From NCBI RefSeq assembly GCF_009914755.1, contig NC_060936.1: a stretch of DNA of 64,000 bases. One strand, written 5' to 3'. The notes under the pieces were generated by a model. That model saw only the letters and a program-made list of their open reading frames with translations, was not told the DNA's origin and searched no databases. Position numbers and translations under genes: made by a program. The stretch's first letter is position 1; each line of letters opens with the position of its first letter. Positions 30,880 to 42,813 of this stretch are shown one piece after another. This stretch comes from the human T2T-CHM13v2.0 reference genome, Homo sapiens.

Positions 30880-31279
30880 TTAGTTTAAATGTCTATTCTA
30901 ATGCCAGTACCACATTGTCTTGATTATTGCAGCTTTGTAATAACTTTGAAATCAGGAAGTGTGAGCTTTCTAACTGTATTCTTCTTCAAGACTATTTTGG
31001 TTATTCTGATTCTCTTGCATGTTAATATAAATTTTAGGTTCACCATGTCAAGTTCTGCAAAAAAAGCAACTAGAATGCTAATAGTGAATGTTTTGAATCA
31101 GTTGATCATTTTGAAGCATATTACCATCTTAAAAAAATTTAGTTTCTCAATCCATTAAAATAGAATGTCTTTCGACTTACTTGTCTTCTTTTATTTCTTT
31201 CAACAATTTTTGTTAGTGTAAAGGCTTATACTTCTTTTAAAAATTTATTTCTAAGTATCTTATTCTTTTTGATGTTAAT

Positions 31280-31721
31280 TGTCTTAGTCCACTTGTGTTG
31301 CTATAAAGGAATACCTGAGGCTGGATAATGTATTGAAGGAAAAAAAAGAGGTTTCTTTGGCTCAGGGCTCATGGTTCTGCAGGCTGTGCAAAAAGCATGG
31401 CAGCTCCTGATGAGGGCCCCAGACTGCTTCCACTCCTGGTGGAAGGTAAAGGGAAATCAGAATGTACAGAGATAACATGGCAAGAAACAAAGTAAGAGAG
31501 AGAGAAGTGGAGCAGGTGCCAGGTTCTTTTCAATAACCAGTTCTTCTGGGCAGAACTAGAAGTGAGAACTCATTTCTGTGAGAATGGCACCAAGCTATTA
31601 GTGAGCAGTCTGCCCCCGTGACCCAAACATCCTGAAACACCCAGGCCCATCTCCAACATTAGGGATCAAATTTCAACATGAGAGTTGGTGAGGCCAAACA
31701 GATCATATCCAAACCATGGCA
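31280..31721 (-). mobile_element. MSTB-like MaLR solo LTR
   Basis: tgtcttagtccacttgtgttgctataaaggaatacctgagg...tatccaaaccatggca; TSD ttaat/ctaat. Confidence 0.88.
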
Positions 31722-32666
31722 CTAATGCAATAGAATTTTTTTTTTATGCAATAGAATTTTTAAAGTTTCATTTTCAGCTTGCTAATTGCTAGTGTATAGA
31801 AATAAAATTGATGTATGCATATTGATTTTGTATCTTGCAACCTTGCTAAACTTGACTATTAGTTCTCATATTTTTATTGAACTTTTAGAATTTTCTATAT
31901 ACAAGATTGTGTCATCTGCAAACAGAGATAGTTTAACTTCCTTTCTAATCTGGACACATTTTACTTCCTTTTCTTACCTAATTGCTCTGGCTTAATCCCC
32001 AGCATGATAGTAAAGAGGAGTGACACAAGTGGATAACATTGTCTTAATTCCTGATCTTAGAATGCTTTTATCCTTTCATCATTAATTTTTATTAATTGTA
32101 GGTTTTTCATAAGTGCTTTGTTGAGGAGCATTTATGTTGCGGAGGTTCCATTCTACCCCTAGTTTTTTTGTTGTTTGTTTGTTTGTTTTTATCATGAAAG
32201 GATATTGGATCTTTTCAATTGCTTTTATGCAACTAAAAGCATGATTATTGAGACAATCATGTGGGTTTTTTGTCCTTTATTCTGTTATTATGACACCACA
32301 GTATTCAGACAGATTTTTGTATGTTCAACTAACCTTTCATTCCTGTGATAAATCCCACTTGGTGATGTTATATAATTCTTTTTATATGTTGCTGGATTCA
32401 GTTTGATAGTATTTTGTTTAGGATTTTTTTAATCTATAATTTTAAAAGATATTGGTCTAAAGTTTTCTTTTTGTAGGTAGTTTTTTTCTGGTTTCTGTAA
32501 CACGTAAATACTGGCCTCATAGAATAAGGTGGAAAGTGATCGCTTCTCTTCTATTTTTCTAAGAGTTTGTGAAGTATCAGTGTTAATTTTTCTTTGAGTG
32601 TTTTTAGAATTCACCAGCAAAGCTATTCTTGGGCTTTTCTTTGAGGGAATTTTGTTTATTATTTAA

Positions 32667-32962
<296 letters not shown>

Positions 32963-33129
32963 CACCTACTCTCTTCATTTGTTATAGTACTTTTCATATA
33001 TTTAATTTCTCCATGAGTCAATTTCAATAGTTCATGTCTTTCTAAGAATTTGTCCATCTCATTTAAGCTACCTAATTTGTTGATATATGATTGTGTATGA
33101 TATTCCATTATAATCTTTTTCTTCCTTGA

Positions 33130-35600
33130 AAGGTTATTTTTTAGAATACATCTCAATTTATCTTAATTACATTAAAAGAATGAAGTCTATATTTTACCAA
33201 TTTTGTTACTTCATGGAGTGATTTGGTTTCTGTATCTTTGCATCCAATTTTCATATAGCTCCGTGTATACTTAAAAACAAAGAATAGTCTCTAACTTTAA
33301 GTATATTTTAAGTTATATTCTCTAATTTTGTAATAGGATTCTATACGTGTTCTTTAGACTAAAACTGTTAATTGGTGTATTTAATATTCTTAGTACTTTT
33401 TTATCTTCTTGATTTATTAATGAGAGAGGTCTGTTAAATTTGAACACTATGTGACTTGTTAATTTTCCCTGTGATTTTTGATATCATTACATTACATATT
33501 TTGACATTTCTTTGTAAGGATTATAGAAATTTAGGATTATGTAGTCCTAGGAAATCTTTCCTTGATAATTAGGAAGTAATCTTCTTAATTATCAGTAATT
33601 ATTTTTCAAAATATGTTTTGTTTTATACAAATGTTGTGACTATTCTAGGCTTTTTAAATATTACTTACTTGTGATTATTTCTGTTCTTTCTTTCAGCCTT
33701 GCTGTATTATGATTTAGGTGTGACTCAGTAAAAAAAAAATCAGTTAGGTTTTTAAAACACCTGACTTTCTGGGGACCCTCTTTTATTTTGCCTGGATTGG
33801 TTAATCCACCAATAATTACCTTTATTATTATTTCTAACACACCTAAATACAGTTTTACAACTGTATTTACTTTTTCTATTTTCTATGATTTTCCTTGCTA
33901 TTTTATTGAATTCTCTTCTTGCTTTACATTGAATTGATCAGATTTTATTTTATTACCCTTTCTTCTGTATTGATTTATATGTTAAATATCCATTCTTTTT
34001 CTATTCCCACAGCAGTTTTTGAATTTTAATTTCTACACTTGACCTAGAGAGTCTAAGGCTAATCAATAGCTTTCTCCTTCTCCTAATCAATACCAGAATC
34101 TTAGAATGTTTTAAGTGCATCACAATCATCGCACATTATACCCACTCCAACTCCATTCCTAGAATCTTAGATTATAATTTTCTATAGAAGTTTAGTTTTA
34201 TATCTTTTTGTATGTGTTCAATTAATAATTATTATTAATTATATGTGGTTAATTATATTTAACTTGACCTACATGCTTCCTATATTTTTTGCTATGTATT
34301 GTTTCTTAGATTCTTCTCTTTTCTTGTTTACCAATTTTTCATTAAAAATGTAGTTAGCATTTCTTTCTATAATTAATTGTTATTTACATACCCTATCATT
34401 CTTTTTCTTAGGGAAATAGTTGTATTTTACCCCTACTCTTAGTTTAGCTGGGTATTAAACTCTAGGCTGGAGATTTTGTTATTTGTGGATATTATTCCTT
34501 TGTTTGGATTTTTTTTGGAAAAAGTCTGCTCTTAGTCTACTTGTTTCTGTGTAGATAATTTGAAAAATATAATTGTTCACGATGATGTTATCTTTGTCTT
34601 TAAAGTTTTGCATTTTTATTACAATGTGTCTAGACTGTATTTAGATTGGGTTTCCCAGAAGCAGATATAGGGGTATGGATTTGTGTAGTAGTATTCTGTC
34701 TTTTTTTAAAGGAGTGATCCCAGGAAAAATCAATAGGGAAATAAAATAACAAGACAAGAAGTGGATAGACGCCAAGCAACACTGTGACTTCTAGCAAAGT
34801 TCCAGACAGGATAACTTAGTCTCATTAACTCAGGAAATTTTTCCCACTGGAATCAGTTTTGGTCATACTTCAGAGCTGTCTCAATCAGGGTGCATGGTGG
34901 ATATCCTATTCCTATATGCTGAACCATCAGCAATAAGTTAAAGGCTGCCCTTAAAGGAATAGAATGTGAATTTCCAGGTACTCTGATTCTTCATGAACAA
35001 AGGTATTTAGGCTCCCACAACCTGAGGACGGCACTCTGCCAGAAAGTTGCAGGTGCTGGATTTGGGAATGAAGTCACACCTGGAGCTAATATGGGAGTGG
35101 GAGATCAGGGGAATACGGGCAGAGCATTCCAGCATCTTGTAGAGATGGGAATTACCATTGTTCTTCTCTTCAATCGTCATGATTGTTGAATCTGAAGATA
35201 TATGTCATTTAGAAAAGGTCTCAACATTTTTTCTGAAAGTGTTCTGCTACCATTATCTCTAATCTGTCGCAGAAATTATATTTGGTGCCTGTTTATCTTA
35301 TCTTTCTATTTTAATAATTTTTTGGCTTGTAACTGATCTGCTTTTTAACCTGTCCATTGAGTTTTAAATTTCAAAACTATAAATATATTATTTCTTAGTG
35401 TCATTGCTGCTTTTTAATTTGCTTTTTGATAGTGTTTTATTCTTGCTTTATGGTTTTATTCCTTTTGTTATCACTTTAAACATATTTACTTTTATATATT
35501 TTTCAGATTTTTTTGTAATCTTAAATTTGGGGATTATGTTTATTTAATCTTGCTGATGCAGGATTGTTCCTGTGTATATTCTTAAAAATATTTGATTGTG
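33130..35600 (-). mobile_element. Old L1M fragments (ORF2 5' region, ORF1), interrupted by LTR16
   Basis: T-rich decayed L1 antisense with an ORF1-like motif (tagtttagctgggtattaaactctaggctgg). Boundaries are approximate. Confidence 0.55.
34637..35142 (-). mobile_element. LTR16-family (ERVL) LTR
   Basis: tgtatttagattgggtttcccagaagcaga...ggagtgatcccaggaa matches the antisense LTR16 end. Confidence 0.7.
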
Positions 35601-35622
35601 AGGTCATCAGAAATAAGGATTT

Positions 35623-35675
<53 letters not shown>

Positions 35676-35713
35676 CAGAGAGAAAAGGAGAGCGAGAGAG
35701 ATAGGGAGAGAGA
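35623..35713 (+). repeat. Compound (TG)n(AG)n microsatellite
   Basis: Direct inspection. Confidence 0.95.
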
Positions 35714-36127
35714 GTTTCTCCAAAGGAGTTTTGAATTTGCATTTATTTACACAAGATGTCTGGGACTGATTTTTTTCCGCATACTTCCTGGTTTGAAGGG
35801 GTTTCCATGCCCCTCCAAATTGCGCAGAATCAAGCTCCATTTGCTCATGGCTCCTCTTATCAATTTTTCATGGTAGTAGTATTTTTTTTTTTTTTGGCTC
35901 ATATTCCTATACAGAGGCAAGGTTCCTTGCCATTTCCCTGGGCCAATGGGTATGCATTTCCAGTATCTATTGTCACTAAGATGAAACCCTTGATTTTTTG
36001 GGCTTATAAGATTCTCATTTCTACCTTCCTACTCAAATATGCCCAAAGTGCCATCTCTTTTCATGACATTTACTGAGTTTTAAAGTTAATCCTCTAGGTA
36101 TTAAACTCCAGGTCACAACAGTATCTT

Positions 36128-36260
36128 TTTTTTTTTTTTTTTTTGGATTTTTAGTAGAGACAGGGTTTCACCATATTGGCCAGGCTGGTCTCGAGCTCCT
36201 GACCTCAGGTGATCAGCCTGACTCGGCCTCCCAAAGTGCTGGGATTACAGGCGTGAGCCA
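36128..36260 (-). mobile_element. AluSx-like left monomer only, with poly(A) tail and TSD
   Basis: Poly(T) run joined directly to the A-rich linker; TSD cacaacagtatctt at 36114-36127 and 36261-36274. Confidence 0.92.
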
Positions 36261-36356
36261 CACAACAGTATCTTCTAACACAGGCACTTGCTGGATTTTA
36301 GATTCATTTTTACTTCTAACATCCAGGTATTTCTTTGTGTTTGTATATGTGAGTTT

Positions 36357-36376
36357 GTGTGTGTGTGTGTGTGTGT
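36357..36376 (+). repeat. (TG)10 microsatellite
   Basis: Direct inspection. Confidence 0.9.
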
Positions 36377-36954
36377 CTATGTATTTTTCCTCATATATCT
36401 ATTTAGAAAGATTGAGGAAGGTTCTGGAATACTTAGCGCATCATGCAGCTAGGATAGATTCCTTCTGAAGGGAAATGACAACTGAAAATCCAATTATTTT
36501 GTCCAAAAGATTAGGAGTGCAGTCTTATTGAGTTACTAACTGAAAAATGTCCCTAAGTTTGGGTAAGGAGGTAGGGTTCAAATTCTACTATAATCTTTAT
36601 CTTTCTCTTTCTCAGGTTGAAGATCATCTCTTCTTTTTTTCATGGTGTTAAGCATGTACGTATGTAACACCTGGTACTCTTTACTCCCAAAGAATACATA
36701 TAAAAATGTATTTTATTTGATTTTCCAAAAAGTTGAGTATAGCAACCTGAAATCTCAGTGGTTTCAGTTCCCTGTGTAAAACACAGTACAGGTTATCACA
36801 AGTCATTGGTTCATTGGCTGCAGATTGACACAGGAATGTGCTTTTAAAACAATAACAATATTGTCCCATAGCTTTTGTCTTCTTCACTGTATGCAATCCT
36901 TGATTAGCTTAGTGGGAAATACTATGTCAGAAACTTTCAAATTTAAACAAGGAT

Positions 36955-37160
36955 GCTGACATTTGTTGAGTGTTTAAATCAGTGTTCCAGGCACTTGGCA
37001 TATCTTATGTTATCCTTGTTATCAACTGAGCATTGAAGTATTATTACTCATTTTGTAAAAATAGAGAACTGAGACTCATATAAGTTCATAAATATATCCT
37101 AGGTCATGTATCTAATAATTATATGACTCCAAAGCATCTACTCTTTGCACTATGCCACTG
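36955..37160 (-). mobile_element. MIR
   Basis: MIR core (ttattactcattttg...agaactgagactca...aggtca...tgactccaaagc). Confidence 0.7.
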
Positions 37161-37199
37161 ATCATAACGCAAGGGATTTCAGAAAATGTGGAAAGAAAT

Positions 37200-37800
37200 G
37201 GCATCAATCAGGATGTATTTTCAGTTTAAAAATCACTTAAATAAGAAGGGGATTTAATACTGGGAATTAGGAGTTTGCAAACCAGTAGACTAACTAGAAG
37301 AGCAGGCTCCGTGTTAGAACCCAGGAACAACTCACAGATCAGTAACATAGAACTGGCTCCCCAGGGAGCCACAATCAGAAACAGGGAACCAGGAATCCAC
37401 CACCTTGACTGTACACTCCAGAGGCACACTTTTTAGGTATGATTCAGGTCAGGGCATTGCATCCACACCTGTTGGCTTCATAATCATGCTTTCTCAGCAT
37501 GTAGTAATTGTCCCTCACCTTGCCTTAGGACATCAGGAATATCTGCTAGCACTACTACAGCAAAACTCAGTATTTCCAGGACTGTGCTTGCCAACGTGGT
37601 AAACAGAAATGGTAAAATAGTGACTTTTGCCTCAATTTCAGTTTCCAAATCTTTCACAAGTATAGCTGATGTGATAAACCCAAAGCATATCTGGAGTCCT
37701 AGCTGCAAAGGAGTCAAGCAAAAGTGGTTTTTAACTTCATAGCTTCTGCAGCACAGAAAGGCACACAAGGAGCAGTATGGAATGAAGATTGAGTACAGAT
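37200..37800 (-). mobile_element. LTR33/LTR78-like old ERV LTR
   Basis: aagaaggggatttaatactgggaatt and gtcctagctgcaaaggag motifs. Confidence 0.5.
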
Positions 37801-40800
37801 TCACTGTATTCACCTCACTGAGGATAATAATGGAAAGACTCATGGGGGATATTCCTTCAAAGATGTGAATTTGGTAAAAATTGGAAAAGTGAATCCACCC
37901 AAGGTAACAAGCAAAACCTCACAAGGAAGAAATTGAAAAAACTATTCTCCTCAGAAATGCCTCATGGAAAACCTACACTGGGAGGCCTATTGACCAGAAC
38001 AAAACCAGGAATACAGACTTTAAGCTACATTATTCTTCATGATTTATGACCACCAAATATTTTATTATTTTTACCAGTTGAAGTAAAAATTTAAAGTTTT
38101 TCTAATTAAAAAGTGAAATATATTAAACTTCTATAAATAAGTTTCAGTATTATTGTTAGTAATATGAATTAGTATATGTATCATACTTTGCAGAGAAAGT
38201 TAAAAATAGTAAAAACCAATAATCAGCAAAATTATTTTACTTTTTTCTGCTTAATTGACAATAATAGCCTTCCCCAGATAGGCTACAAACGTTTTTCCTC
38301 TCTTCAGGATTTCTACATTGCTTTAATATATCTTTCATTAATAACCTAAGGAAATGAATGCATATTCTTTGAGGAGCAACTGGATTCTTAACAAACATTC
38401 CCACGAAATCAAACCAAAATGGGAGGTAGGTTGTGAAGTTGTGTTCAGTTTGCTGTCTGATTTTCATTAGACTCATCATTCTACATTCTTTTGAGTCCTA
38501 GGCACTTGGTCTCTGGCTATTTTCATGACTGCTGTAATGGAATTACCATTTCAAGTTTGTAGGAGGTAAAGGAGAAACATGATAGGAATAGCAGGAAGGA
38601 ATGGCTCACTCATAAACAATCTACTGGAATTTTGAATTGATTAGGTTTGAGTGGCTAAAAGGGAAGAGTGGGGAAATGTACTCTAGTTTTCTTTTCCTCC
38701 AGTTTCCTGTTGCATTATGTGGCTTCTTGAATGTTGCATAATATAAATCATCTAACCACTGGAAGACAAGTTTTAGCATTGCAAACTCAGCAGATTTACT
38801 TAATTTCATTTTTCCAGTTGGATATCTGCATCAATTCAGGCCAAGAGAGTATCTCATGTCACCTAATGCAACAAATAGATCCTGGAGCATTCATGGCGAT
38901 ATCCGCAATGTTGGCAGATGAATGTTTTCTTTCCTCTGCCAAGCACCATCAACATTATTTTTGGGTGGATCTAAATCTGAACAGTCTAGAGTTTCCATTA
39001 CATCGTCCTAATTGTTAAAAAGAGGGCCTGCTATAATTCTTGAAAACTAGTCTGTTTAGTTGTACTTGTTACCATAACATCAGATTGAAATATTGCTTCT
39101 CTGTCCGTTTGGCCACAGTGTAGCAGCCAGCCTGGTAGCATCAAGGCATTAGGAAGGTGAAGCAATCCACAGTCAACAGTATGAATGGAACAATTCACAC
39201 TGTTGTACATAGATATAGAGGTTAAACCCAAACACATGAAAAAGTGATGCTGGAAGCACTTGTGAACAGCTGGGCCAGATGAATAACTCAATTGGATGCC
39301 ATGAGGAACAAATTAAACAACTGACTGGAGACCAGGCTGCTCCTGTGACAGACACTTTAATCAGGAAGTCAAAAGCTGATTGACAAGATGAAAAGCTGGA
39401 TGACATGAAAAATGGAAACAGAAGGAACAACACAAGAAAAGGGCACCCGGGTCAGCATGCTGACAAAAATAATCAAGTACGACAGGCCATAATCCAATCT
39501 TCGAATGTTTGGCATGGTGCTAGTTATGAGAATCTGCAGCCAAGAGGAAAGAAAACTATTATTAAGCAAAGAAATTATCTGGCTTTCTAGAATTCACTAT
39601 TACATGTTCACTAGAGGATTTTCTTTTTCTTTTTTTTTTAAACAAGCATAATAGCTTTTGTTGAGTTTCATAAGATCAATTAAAAAGTGCTAATCTATCT
39701 GGATATGAAGCCCTAGGAAAACAATGTACAATAGTGTTTTAGATTCAGAGTTAAATAGGATATACACATTCATTGCCTCAAATTGCAAAGTGTGGGTCCT
39801 TCTCATGCTCTCCTATTCAAGGCATAGAAGAGGAAGAGTAGCAATTACTAAGAGGAGGTTTCTGTGGCCCACTTAAAAACTCTTATGCTGGATTATTACT
39901 GTTGAATTACTGTTGGAATCCAAGGCTGAGCTTCATGCCAGAGAAAAAATTTGTCTGTGCTACATGAATTATTTTTTAGATGACTCAGAATACCACCTGC
40001 ATCCCAAAAGATACATTCATAAATGCACTATCTGAAGAAGAATGAAATAATGATCAGGTGTTTTTTTAAAAAAGACAGATAACATAGAAGTTTGTCACTC
40101 CTGGGAAAAATGTGTGTATTTATGCATGTTTCAGCTCTCATAGCACTTTAATTTCAATAGCATATAATTTACCAGAGGAGGGCCCAGAAGATTAAGCACC
40201 TTGGTGGTGTTTAGACATTGTCACTTCATGCCTTTTCAGTAAACTCATCTGCCTTTGGAAAAACAGAAAACTTGCAGTAAACATTGAAAGGCCAGTTGAC
40301 ACTATCTCCCTTGGATCCCTACACTGGAGCTAAACCTACATCTCAAGAGAAAAGAAGGGATTCATTGTCTTAGTCCACTGGTTTTCAAACCATGTTTCAA
40401 ATCTCTAGGGTTTTTGAAAGAAAAGTATGGTCACAGAGGACATGTTTCATTTGTATCTGCTCCATTAGCTCCAGATCCCATAGGTTTTGGAGTTCTGGGG
40501 CATTAAAAACACCGTCGAAAGGGTTCCTGGCCTCAAAAATGTGTAAAAGAAAAACACCACTTTGATGATATTACTCTTAGGTGAGGACGCCATTGTTTGA
40601 CAGAATATATTCAGCTCAAACTGGAAGACCAAGCTGGTGTATTTCACTCGGATAAAGTACCTTATAGAAAGCCAAACCGAATGTCTTATCCATACCATTC
40701 TAGAGGCACCTGGCTTATAGTTGATTATTTTTCATTTTATAGAATTTGCTAGAGGGCTTCATTGCAGATCTTAAAACTTGAGTCTTACTTCTGCCATATA

Positions 40801-42813
40801 GTTAAGTTCACTTGAGTCATGACTGTCTAAGGAACTAGCTTCTTCCCACTGCCTTTACGGACATACGTCTAAAGTGTCAAATAAGTAACCACAAAGACAT
40901 TTAATTTTCCTGTGAGGTCAGGGCTGACCCCGGAGTCTTACTAAGGTAAAAGCATCTTAAAGGGTAACACAGAAATTTTATTATGTCCTCAAAGCCTAGA
41001 GCCATACAACGTTAAGCATGGTAGGAGAAAAAATGTATCTACTGAATTTCTATTCTGGGTTCACCTGGAGTGTTTTGAAGGTCTGACCCACCATGCTCTA
41101 CCCCTCTGCTATAAAAGGGAACTACATATATGAACCAAAAATTACCTGGGCCAACCTCGCTTCTTAAACCTGTTTTACTTTGATCATGCTTCTACCTGCC
41201 TGCAAACTCCCAACTCTGTGATCCCAGCGTCATCCCTACTGCAATTCTCAGGACTCAATGTTTATATGTGCTTGCTCCAGATTTTGTTGTTTTCCCAGGT
41301 CTTTGCCTTCATTGCTTCCTGACACTGCTATTGCCACCTCCATCTGCCAGGCTCCTCCTAATCCTGATCTTGTAACACTCAATCCCCGCCCGCTGTAACT
41401 CAGTCTTTTCTGGCCTCATGGAGGGTTGGTGGCAGAAGGTGATAGAGGCTATTAGTGAAGTGGGGAAATGTGGCAGATTGGGACAATTGCATCATTCACA
41501 GCAGTATTTAAAAAAAATTTATTTGGAATTTCCTTCAAATATCAGATGATGAAATAGAATATAAAAGTTTATATATATAGTTTATAAAAGACTTCATGCT
41601 AAAATATGAAGAATTCAGAGGAGAGAGAGCTCAACATTCAATACATTGTAAAATAGTGTATGTAAATATGGTTCAAGCTATTTAATTTATTTGACCTATC
41701 GTGTGTGATTTGGGTGACATGAAGCTGAATGATGGTTGTAGTGAGATCTTCAACTTTTCCCTTGCCATTAATCTTTATAATATACCAGCCACCGAGACCC
41801 ATCATTTATTCCTATTATGAAATGTGTTTTATATTTAGTCTCCATTTCATTTTTAGCATCACTATTCTGAGCCTCCAATTTTATGTGGTACATGAGAGAA
41901 AGGCTGGATCAGAGGCACAAAGCATCAAGAAGACAATAATACCTTCTGTGTCATATATTTAAAAGTAAAAACAACATAAAATTAAAAAGAAATATATGTA
42001 GTAAATTCTGATAAAGTTTTGAATTTTCATTTAGTGACTATTTCAATGTCTTTTTTGAAAATCAAATATCAAAATTTTTAGTTTTTGTTCAATGCCCTAA
42101 TTTACTAGTGTCCAAAACATATCTTTAAAGGTTAATTGGATAGTCCATCACTGTATGGGGGCTATATTAATATACTTTACAATACCAGAAACTATATATA
42201 TAAAACATAGAAGAATGTAGAAAAACATACTATAATGTAGAAGTCACATGTTGCTGAGAATTTAATACCCTGACCCCTTATATTATTATAAATTCCTAGT
42301 TTACATACTTTCAAAGGCCAGCCATTGCCCACAAATCAATAGTTTAATCTTGTATTGGATATCCTTTACTATCTAGTGACACAGAAGAAAGAAGAAACCT
42401 GACATTCATTAACCTACTAACTTTAATACATTATACTATTTAGTCCTACAAATATCATAAGGCAAATATTTAAAATAATTTAAATAACCTGTTCAAGGTC
42501 ACACGATGACTTAATGGTAAATCCAAGACTCAAAACCAGGACTATCTCTTCATCAGATTGGACTAGGGTATGACATAGAGACCAACAAAAGTGGGACATT
42601 CAAGGCTGCATTGTTGACAAGGTTTGAGCAAGTGGGGAAATTAGAGAATAAACGGTCATTGGGAAATCTCATATTTTGAGTTTGATATCAGAGTAGATCA
42701 CTAATACACTACCATGGAGTTACAGCCAGAGTCAAGCAGTAGAGGTCGAAGACTAAGGTCAAGTTCAAATCCCAGATAAAAATCAAACATGAACGCATCT
42801 GATAGATATTTAC

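Noticed and set aside
37484-39590. Cluster of 60-119 aa ORFs as a possible gene
   Set aside because: No recognisable domain, overlapping on both strands, lengths expected by chance.
41105-41120. TATA box (gctataaaaggg)
   Set aside because: Isolated motif with no CpG island, LTR or downstream gene evidence.
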